Shown: piece by piece, positions 54,386 to 64,000 of the stretch
Layout of the letters: the number at the start of each line of letters is the position of its first letter
How positions within the stretch are numbered: position 1 is the stretch's first letter
Assembly: GCA_951406725.2 (NCBI GenBank)
Contig: OX597823.1
Span: 26,970,001 to 27,034,000, forward strand
DNA: 64,000 nt
From: Octopus vulgaris
Lineage: Eukaryota
Direction: 5' to 3'
Notes under the pieces: generated by a model
What the model was told of the DNA's origin: nothing
The model's database searches: none
What the model saw: the letters and a program-made list of their open reading frames with translations, nothing else
Made by a program: the position numbers and the translations under genes

Positions 54386-56155
54386 ATATTTGTGTATATA
54401 TATAAATATATCTTTGTACATGGATGTGAATGTATTTATATAGACGTGTACGTATGTGTGCATATATATATACAAGAGTATATGTATGTGTAACGAGTTT
54501 GGTAGGTCAAAATATTCCATATACCTTATTCTGGTCCGTAGTAATCGAGGGTCCCCCATATAATGCAAATACCTCTCATACCTCTCTACATACCTCAGTA
54601 ATCTCTCTCACTCACTGAACCAGTCAACTTATTTCCCTCAAATAATGGCCATTCCGCTTTTCACTATCTCAACCATTAATTCTATAGCCTTCATCGCAAA
54701 CTAACACAAAGGACTACTATTCACATACTACATAAACTACCATCCCCTCTTCCTCTTACTTTCCACCTTTATTACTATAACTCCTTACTAGCCTCCTTAT
54801 TAACTCCTAGCCCTCGAAATTTATTCTCTCTTCTCACTATTCCCTATCTGAATCTAATGCACCCGCAATTCCCCTCACTCTGGCGAAAATAAATTGAAGA
54901 CAGATGATAAAAGTTCTATTTCTTACAAAACATTTTGTTACTAACACCATACAAATCATTTTTATCTTTTACTCCTTATGCAGGATTTATTGCTCTTTCG
55001 AATGTTGCAGACAACAACTATTTTTATACAACTTGAAGAATTCTAATGCTAAATTAATATAAATGTTTCAAATTTACCGGCAAAATTAATTTAAGACCAT
55101 GTAATATGTATGCAAATTTTTTGCCAAAATGGGTGGTCACACAAGTAGCCTAACTGCACTATATAGTGTTATAATTTAACGTTATTATACAATTGATTAA
55201 TAAAGGGAAAACAACGTAGCCTCAGTCCAGTCACGAGAACAAAAGTCGTATTACTCCACCAGCAAAAAGTCTCCTTTACGAACATCAGCAAGCAACTAAA
55301 GTGCAGTAAAACGGCTTGCGTGCAAGCGTGGAAGTTATACTCGGAGACTGGTCAATATAGAGATCGGCAAAAGACTGGCGCTCCAAGAAAAATGACGGCG
55401 CAGTTGGACTGTTGAATCCACCGACTTTTGGAAGGCCACCGAATGCTGACAACCGTTGACATTTGTAAACAATTCTCCAACAAGAATGGTGTTATTTTTA
55501 CATCACAAACCGTCCGCAACCGTTTGAGAGAATTTGGACTACATGGACGAATCGCTAGGAAAAAGTCAGTATTATGCCTTAATTTCGCAAAAAGCCATGC
55601 TCAATGGACTGCCAAAGATTGATGCAGGGTCCTTTGGAGTAACGAGTCATGCTTCTGTAAAACATACGTAAGACGTCGCCCAACCGAGGAATTCCATCCG
55701 AAATGCGTGAAAAAGACGGCACAAGCGAGGTGTGTGGATGTGATGGTGTGGGTGGAATTTAGTAGCTTTGGTGTTGCCCCTCTAGTTAAAGTTGATGGAA
55801 AGCTAAATAGTGTAGGTTATATGAATCTACAAAAGGATAATGTGGTGCCATATTTGACTCACGAAATGCCTCCGGCGGCTATTTATCAGCAGGACAATAG
55901 TTCTGTGCACAAAGCCAAAAAGGTTATGGAATTTTTCGATCACCATAATATTGATGTAATCGAATTGCCTCTCCAGAGCTCGGACCTGAATCCGATCGAG
56001 AACTTGTGGAATGATGTTTCCAAAAAAAGTCCATGCAAAAAAACCATCTAATCTAAAACAATTATTCGATTATATTAATGAAATATGGCAAAACATTTCC
56101 ATAGAATTTTGTAATCACTAAGTGAGTTCAATGCTGAGACGTTGTGCAGCCGTTA

Positions 56156-56384
56156 TCTCTTATTATAAAAGGCAGATTTTATCTGCCTCCCTTTGTCTCT
56201 TATAGAAATCTACAATATAGGATTTCTTCAATTACAATTTACCTAGCATTTTTAAGAGTAGAATAAATCGGGTCGTGCCAGGTCCAGTTTTTAAAATTTC
56301 AACCCCAATTAAGCAAAATTTAGAGAAAACTCACATTGTCGTGTGTTAGTCAAGTGCTTTTCTTAGTGTGGGCTATAGCACTCG

Positions 56385-56415
<31 letters not shown>

Positions 56416-57642
56416 AGCGATCTGATTCACTCACGCTATCACTCTAATTTCTACGACTTTCTCTTTGCAAGTTTGCAACGATTAAAGTGAAAACAGTGAA
56501 TCCGAGAGCTCCGACAGCGATAAAGAAAATGAATTGGCACCCGAATGGAGTGAAAATTTAAAAACTGTTTCTTTCGGTGATTTTTGTGAAGAAACTGGAC
56601 CAAGCCACAGACTTTCCCAGAAGAGTAAAGCCTTAGACTATTTCTTTTTACTTTTTCGAGTGAGCCTATTTGAAATCATTACGGCGGAAACGAACTGTTA
56701 CGCTAAACGTAAGCAAAGCGAAAGAAAGGATAGTTTGTTATTTCCCACAACCTTAAATGAAATTAAGGCCTATTTTGCCATAGATATAATTATGGGTATC
56801 AGAAAGTTACCCAGAATAACAAATTCTATCGTAATATTTTGTCGTATACCCAATTGAATATTAGCTAATAACCCATTTTCTATAGTGATGTTTGAACAAA
56901 ATTTTAATAATTTTATATATTGTTGAATTTACCTGTATCTACCTGCAATTAGAGTCACTTTGTAACAAAAATTATAGTATAGAATTGGTTGAGAACATTT
57001 CATTAAATTATCTTCCAAAATTCATGTTAATATATTGATAAATAAAAAGGTTATAGTTGTTTAATGAAACCAGACTAAATTTATGATTACGTTAGAAATT
57101 AATTGAAACACATAAGGGGTGTATTTTGGTCAGAAATATAGTAACGAAAGGGTTAAGAAAAACCAAAAAATATTTTATTCTTTATAAATGTTATGTTCAA
57201 AATAACATTTTCTTTTAAGAATGTGTATATAACAAAGTATTTTTATATAACTACGTGGCTTATATCTTTATATATAAAAGTGAAGTTGTGTGTCTGTCTC
57301 CTACGATTTAGATTCCTAACTACTCCCACATTTTGCGGTGCAGTGTAACCAAAACCGGGTATCTTATAGTCGTGATTCATATCGAGCCCTTCTGGGTATC
57401 AGCGCGCGTCTACGATGAGTCTACGATTTAAAAAAAATTACCATCATATTTTTTCGCTATTATATAAGGGAAGTAACTCTCTAAAAATATCTACGATGTG
57501 TCAACGATTTAAAAAAAAATTTACCTTAATTTTTTTTCCATTTTTAATGCATTTTTTTGCTATTTTTTTGCTATAACTCTCTAAAAATGCTTATATAGTT
57601 ATTTCCCTTACAAACCCGAGCAACGCCGGGCGATACTGCTAG
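56156..57642 (+). mobile_element. Composite non-autonomous Helitron inserted between A and T with no TSD
   Basis: 5' TC at 56156. 3' hairpin cccg-agcaacgc-cggg then CTAG at 57639-57642. Second internal TC-type 5' end at 57265. Removing it restores the Tc1 frame. Confidence 0.85.
56530..57156 (+). pseudogene. piggyBac transposase fragment plus a piggyBac-type terminus inside the Helitron
   Basis: ALDYFFLLF...IITAETNCYA...EIKAYFAIDIIMGIRKLP (PGBD N-terminal motif). The segment ends aaagggTTAA. Confidence 0.75.
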
Positions 57643-58379
57643 TTAAGAATAAAGGCTACGACTATGTATTTCGTTCTTGTTCCTCATTTTTGCTACAATA
57701 TTAAGCTTTAATTAAAATTATAAAGATACGGTCTTAAACTAATTTTGCCGGTAAATTTGAAATGTTTATATTAATTTAGCATTAGTATTCTCCAAGTTGT
57801 ATAAAAATAGTTATTGCCTGCATCATTCGAAAGAGAAATAAATTCTGCATAAGGTGAAAAAGATAGAAATAATTTGTATGGTGTTAGTAACAAAATATTT
57901 TGTAAGAAACAGAACTTTTTTCATCGGTCTTAAATTTAGTTTCGCTAGTGTAGCTCTCCACAAAATTGTTCCATCTTTCAACTTCTTTCTGTCAACACGT
58001 CAAATTTAAGATCATTTCCCTGAAGACGGAAGCTCGTCTCATCCAACGATGGAATCAATTTACAAATATTATTTTGGACCACCGAGCCCCGAGACACAAC
58101 TGTTGGATTTGTAATACTTTACCTCGATCCCTTCAGTTCTTGATATCATTTCCATTCTGTGTAGTCGGGCCTTTTTAAGTGTTAATGAATATATAGATTT
58201 TTTGTAGTTCATATATTTAATATACGTTGTATATTGACCTGCCTAACTCGCTTATCCTTACATTCACTTTTCTATATGTGTGTGTTCGTGTTGTGTGTGT
58301 GTGTATGTGTGTGTGTGTGTATGTGTGTGTCTGCGCGCAAACGTGTATATTTATATAATGAATTTTTATAGCGTTCTGT

Positions 58380-58920
58380 ACTGACCAGGATGATAGCATC
58401 ATTGGATCAGCTGAGCTACTGCGAGAGACTAAAAGAACTACGGCTCTACTTCCTGGAGCGAAGACGGGAGATATATGCAGTGATATATGTGATATATATA
58501 TAGAAGACACTTGAGGGGCTGGCTCTAAACTTCGGAATTGCGAGCTATACCAGCCCCTGAACGGGACGTTACTGCACTGTTCCAAAGTTTCCAGCAATCC
58601 CGTTTAGAGTGAGGAATTTATACTGCAATTGTACTGCAATAGTTTGAGATTCAAGGGCCCACATCTATTTAATACCTTGTCAACACATCTGAGTGATCTT
58701 CATGGAATTGAGGTAGCTATTTTCAAGAAACAACGAACTTCCTACTGTCCAAGGTGAACCTACATCACGACAAGAAACTCAAAAGAGGGTAGCAAATCGA
58801 ATTCCATCCTTCACCAAAATCCAATCGGGTAAGAATGGTCATTGGAAAGATGATTACACTGGCAGTGCCCGGAACCGGCCACGGCCATTGGGCTGAAACG
58901 CCGAAAGAATAAAAGAATAA
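58380..58920 (+). mobile_element. CR1-like LINE 3' fragment
   Basis: Homologous to 53900-54385. Confidence 0.8.
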
Positions 58921-58922
58921 AG

Positions 58923-58956
<34 letters not shown>

Positions 58957-59258
58957 TAAGTTGAAGACGGGAAGGATGACTTCCCTTTGCAAATACTGAC
59001 AGGACACAGAAAGTGTGTCTATGGCCAGCTGGAGGAGTGTGTCCTCCTGGGGCTAAAAACTACAGTAGCATCCACCCTTAGGGGTAGCCATATTGAGATG
59101 GCAAATATACGTCACGATGTGTTACCGCTACTGTATATAACTCACTTTGATATTTATCATTGTTTGATTTCACTTTTTCAATATCAGCGACAGTGGACGC
59201 TGGAAAAAGTATAAGTATTTGTGAAGGAGATCTAATTCTCGCCGACAACTGTGATTGT

Positions 59259-59303
59259 CACACGCTGACGAGAGGTCAATACCTCGAAACTCGAGTCCGT
59301 GTG
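59259..59303 (+). ncRNA. Type I hammerhead ribozyme, copy 1 (predicted cleavage after C59297)
   Basis: CACACG CUGACGA GAGG-UCAAUA-CCUC GAAA CUCGAG UC CGUGUG. All core nucleotides and stems I-III are present. Confidence 0.92.
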
Positions 59304-59610
59304 TATCATAAGTTGAAGACGGGAAGGATGACTTCCCTTTGCAAATACTGACAGGACACAGAAAGTGCGTCTATGGCCAGCTGGAGGAGTGTGTCCTCCT
59401 GGGGCTAAAAACTACAGTAGCATCCACCCTTAGGGGTAGCCATATTGAGATGGCAAATATACGTCACGATGTGTTACCGCTACTGTATATAACTCACTTT
59501 GATATTTATCATTGTTTGATTTCACTTTTTCAATATCAGCGACAGTGGACGCTGGAAAAAGTATAAGTATTTGTGAAGGAGATCTAATTCTCGCCGACAA
59601 CTGTGATTGT

Positions 59611-59655
59611 CACACGCTGACGAGAGGTCAATACCTCGAAACTCGAGTCCGTGTG
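59611..59655 (+). ncRNA. Type I hammerhead ribozyme, copy 2 (predicted cleavage after C59649)
   Basis: Identical to copy 1, 352 bp downstream. Confidence 0.92.
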
Positions 59656-59815
59656 TATCATAAGTTGAAGACGGGAAGGATGACTTCCCTTTGCAAATAC
59701 TGACAGGACACAGAAAGTGTGTCTATGGCCAGCTGGAGGAGTGTGTCCTCCTGGGGCTAAAAACTACAGTAGCATCCACCCTTAGGGGTAGCCATATTGA
59801 GATGGCAAATATACG

Positions 59816-59879
<64 letters not shown>

Positions 59880-59886
59880 TATTTAT

Positions 59887-60105
59887 GCGTATTCTGTTGT
59901 GTCTGGGGAGAGTCATTCTCATTTAGTGCTTTATAATTTAACACACCCACCGGTAAATGAGTCAAAACTATTGAAAGAGTTGCAAGACGCAACGAAAATT
60001 TTTAAAAAATAGAGAAACAGAAATGAGTGAAAATTTTACCGGTGAGTCTGTTAAATTATAAGGCATTAAAAGAGAATGACTCTCCCCAGACACAACAGAA
60101 TATGC
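59887..60105. repeat. Inverted repeat with ~70-bp arms and ~78-bp spacer
   Basis: attctgttgtgtctggggagagtcattctc...accggtaaa versus tttaccggt...gagaatgactctccccagacacaacagaat. Confidence 0.85.
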
Positions 60106-61504
60106 TTCAACAGACGAACTCACATAAAGAATCTTGCAAACCAAATCCAAAAACGAAATATTCATGCATAATAATTTATACAAACGTTCAACCATTTCCT
60201 AAAATAGTACTCGGTATAATTAAGAAGAGAATAACATTTTAAAGATGGAATACGTTACACACGCACACACACACACACACACATACACCCATCCACACAC
60301 ACATACACACACACACACACACACAATCACTAAAATTTATGACTGCAAAAATGCAGAACGAACCATTAGCTAATAATTCCAAAATTGTAAATGCATGCTC
60401 CAATGCTGCAAGCATTTTCTTAAATTTTATCAATGAGCGGCATTTCATCAACCCCCATATATCATAAGATATTTGATAGTAGCAATAATTTTAAAATGAG
60501 CTACAGTTGTATTCAACACTGCTGCATTTATACCTAGGAGAAAGGAAAGAAACATATCAAGCATGAAAGCAGTAAATTATTCTACTCTATGTAACTACTG
60601 TAGCCAAATCTCATATTTTTCCTCTCGGCATTATGGTTATTTCTAAAAGATTAATTCCATTGAGCTAAGATCTTTACTGAAGGAATACAGTGAAACAAAA
60701 GTAAATCAGAACATTCTAAAATTTCTTTTAAAACGAGTTTCTCATAATATGCATACATTTAGATACTACGAAATACCATTAAATACTTCCCTATTCAAAT
60801 ATATTTGGAATTTAATTAATATTATTATCAGTTATAAAATCGATCGAGTTTTTGTAGAACATGCGTCCCTTTATCTGAAAAGTTCCTTAAGTATTCTTAT
60901 TAATATAATAGAATTACGTTATACATGCAGCCATTTCTAAATCTATAGATACAAATTTAAAGGTAAAATCTTAGGAGAGACATTATATATTTTGCACACC
61001 CACCCAATAAAAAACAAGAACCAAAAATGTGTTCGATGCTCAGGGGATTCTTTCAAACAAATTCCCCAATACGAAAGGGAAGAATTAGAGGATAAGTTAT
61101 ATAGTTACCTAATAGCCACCAAAGTATTTAACTAGTACTTTTTTGATACACAGAGAAATAATTTAAGGCAAAATCAATTTAAAACCAGAATACAAATGGA
61201 CATGGTCCAATGTCATTTCATTTTTCTTTCGAGGATCTGCGATTTTGCTAATTCGCTTGCATTTCAAGCTGTAATACTTATCCTGTACACAAGTACTAGA
61301 TTAAAAACTAAGGAGGAATTAGTTCACCAAACTATAGAGAGTAAAGCTAGTAACTTGTTATATCGCCTCCGGTAAGATAACAGTTTAGGCTCCCCTCAGC
61401 AGGTTTTCAAATCCTAACCCGAGGATCCGAAACAAATAGACAAGGCATTAGATCCAATGCTCCAACGATTCTGCATATTTATCGCTCGAACTGAAAAATA
61501 ATAA

Positions 61505-61531
61505 ATGATGATGATAAAGATGATGATGATG

Positions 61532-61609
<78 letters not shown>

Positions 61610-61615
61610 CTAATG

Positions 61616-61672
<57 letters not shown>

Positions 61673-61730
61673 GTAATAATAATAATAATAATAATGCTAA
61701 TGATGATAATAATAATAATAATAATAATAA
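61505..61730. repeat. (AAT)n microsatellite
   Basis: Direct inspection. Confidence 0.95.
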
Positions 61731-61939
61731 CTGGTACATCACACGTATTGAGAAGAGCATTGTCGATGTGAGAACTGTTGCTGCTCATGTATTTTAATTT
61801 AACTTAAAAAAAAAAAAAAATGAACGAACTACTGAGTTTGGTTTAATGGCCTACCAATATACACTGAGTTTCTTTGCCCTAGGAGTCGGGAAGACACTCG
61901 GCAAGAAATGGAAGAAAATTTGAAAGAAGAAAAAAAAAA

Positions 61940-62006
<67 letters not shown>

Positions 62007-62019
62007 TAATGATAATAAA

Positions 62020-62563
62020 GCCCTGATGCAGTACCGGGCAGTGGCTCTCATTGCTTCTGATCTTAACTGATTGGAACTGTTATCATGTACATTGTTTTGT
62101 CTTGGTATAAAAGATGGGCTACAGCAAATATTCTGCGCAATACCACAGATTTGCTTGTCAGTTGTTTGATCTTAACCAGTTGAGCATGTCCCTTAGTGGC
62201 TGACGATATGTGCATCTCTGATCATGAGCAGAAGTAGTGGGGGAGTATCATAGCCATGTGTTGAAAGGCATTCTTAGAGGTTTGGATAATTCACCTTTGG
62301 AAACATGGGTGTTTCGTTTAACATCCTTAAAGAACCCTTATTCAGGCACCTTTTGAGCGGGATGGGTTACTCGACCAGAAGAAAATTCTTGTTGGGCCCC
62401 ACCTGCAAGGTTATGTGCTGTTAATCTTGATATGAGGTCACCATGTCGCGCACATATGGTTGTGCTGCGCGTACCCGTATCAGACGGGTAGTCATGATGG
62501 GTATACTGGTTTCGTATATTTTAACCCAGTGTCACTTTGATGGTATGCACTGCTCTCTCACTC
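62020..62563 (+). mobile_element. ~555-bp (AAT)n retroposon, near full-length copy
   Basis: Family sequence between (AAT)n tracts. Confidence 0.9.
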
Positions 62564-62582
62564 GATAATAATAATAATAATC

Positions 62583-62632
<50 letters not shown>

Positions 62633-62634
62633 CC

Positions 62635-62844
62635 TCTCTATTATAAGCACAAGGTCTGAAACTTGGAGGAGAGGGATAGTGTATTACATCGACCCTAGTT
62701 CTCAACAGGTACGTAATTTATCGACCCTGAAAGGATGAAATGTTAAGTCGACGTCGGCGGGATTTGAACTCAGAACGTAGCGACGGACGAAATACTGCTA
62801 AGCATTTTTTCAGCACGCTAATGATTCTGCCAGCTAGCCGAGTT

Positions 62845-62889
<45 letters not shown>

Positions 62890-63102
62890 GTTTCAAATTT
62901 TGCCACAATGGCAGCGATTTTGGGACAGCGGAAGAGCCGATTACATCGAACCCACTGGTCAAATGGTACTTATTTTATCGACCCTGATTGAATGACACTA
63001 AAGACGGCCACGGCGGAATTTGAACTCTGAACGTAGCGGTGGGCCAAGTACCGCTAAGCATTTCGTCCAGCACGCTAACGATTCTGCCAAGGTGGCCGCC
63101 TT
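62635..63102 (-). mobile_element. Two tandem tRNA-derived SINEs separated by (AAT)n
   Basis: tttgaactc (reverse B box) at ~62763 and ~63020, with conserved atcgaccc blocks. Confidence 0.8.
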
Positions 63103-63109
63103 TTTAAAC

Positions 63110-63160
<51 letters not shown>

Positions 63161-63164
<4 letters not shown>

Positions 63165-63469
63165 TAAAAATACGAAAACCTGGAAATAGAGGTAACCAGA
63201 ATGTGGAATCTAAAAACAGAAACAATTCCTATCATAATAGGTGCATAAGGCATGATAGAAAATATTCAGACAAATACATAACAAGAACACCAAGACTTAC
63301 AAACACATATAACATACAGAAAATTGCACTACTAGGCACTGCACACATCCTACGCAGAACACTTTCCATACAATAACCATCAGAGCATCACAACAAATCA
63401 CAGCACATACCCAAGGCACAAAGAGCTGCGCTCGGTAGTGAATTGAAAGCACGCTATAAAAATATACTA

Positions 63470-63472
<3 letters not shown>
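63161..63472 (+). mobile_element. Dong/R4-type LINE family A 3' end
   Basis: High identity to the reverse complement of 5264-5585. (AAT)n on both sides. Confidence 0.9.
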
Positions 63473-63565
<93 letters not shown>

Positions 63566-63610
63566 TAATGATGATAATGATGATGATGATGATGATGATA
63601 ATAATAATAA

Positions 63611-63709
<99 letters not shown>

Positions 63710-63722
63710 TAATGATAATAAA

Positions 63723-64000
63723 GCCCTGACGCAGTACCGGGCAGTGGCTCTCATGGCTTCTGATCTTAACTGATTGGAACTGTTATCATGTACATTGTTT
63801 TGTCTTGGTATAAAAGATGGGCTACAGAAAATGTTCTGCTCAATACCACAGATTTGTTTGTCAGTTGTTTGATCTTAACCAGTTGAGCATGTCCCTTAGT
63901 GGCTGACGATATGTGCATCTCTGATCACGAGCAGAAGTATTGGGGTACCTTCATAGCCATATGTTGGGAGGGATTCTTTGGGGTTTGAATAATTCACCTC
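63723..64000 (+). mobile_element. ~555-bp (AAT)n retroposon, runs off the window end
   Basis: Family sequence after (AAT)n. Confidence 0.88.

Larger units (their letters stand above)
54876..57950 (+). mobile_element. Tc1-like (DD34E) transposon with ~225-bp IR/DR-type inverted repeats, interrupted by a Helitron
   Basis: 54881-55103 is the inverted copy of 57727-57950, with TA at 57951. Motifs GAPRK, TVRNRL...IARKK, VLWSNES, QQDN, SSDLNPIENLW. The RRCAAV|IKNKGY C-terminus is split by the insertion. Confidence 0.9.
58952..59819 (+). mobile_element. Tandem 352-bp hammerhead-containing repeat (candidate non-LTR retrozyme), ~2.5 units in (TA)n
   Basis: Units start at 58952, 59304 and 59656 and are nearly identical. 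Each full unit has a canonical hammerhead. (TA)n on both flanks. Confidence 0.9.

Noticed and set aside
58952-59819. CRISPR-like array
   Set aside because: Whole units are identical with no unique spacers, the context is eukaryotic, and there are no cas genes.
58987-59936. Repeated 63-81 aa ORFs in the 352-bp array
   Set aside because: Non-ATG starts and no recognisable domain. They recur only because the DNA repeats, and the RNA structure explains the unit.

Overview
AT-rich, repeat-saturated animal DNA. The repeat families look like an octopus or other coleoid cephalopod genome (inference from recalled repeat families). No host protein-coding gene can be supported, and most ORF-track entries are microsatellite artefacts or TE fragments. 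The window holds (AAT)n-targeting Dong/R4-type LINEs (RT plus restriction-like endonuclease) and a co-targeting ~555-bp non-coding retroposon (6 copies). It also has an L1/Tx1 LINE, ORF1-only relics, CR1-like LINEs, two Neptune-type Penelope-like elements (one with an uninterrupted RT-GIY-YIG frame), a Ty3/gypsy relic, mariner, Tc1 and maT-like DNA transposons, a composite Helitron with a piggyBac fragment, and many tRNA-derived SINEs. The best finding is a near-perfect 352-bp tandem array (58952-59819) inserted in (TA)n. Each full unit carries a canonical type I hammerhead ribozyme, so it is a candidate non-LTR retrozyme that would make small circular RNAs. Several other hammerhead-like motifs sit in Penelope-type tails. 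One has a compensatory A3-U8 core pair, and an A6U variant is shared by two copies.
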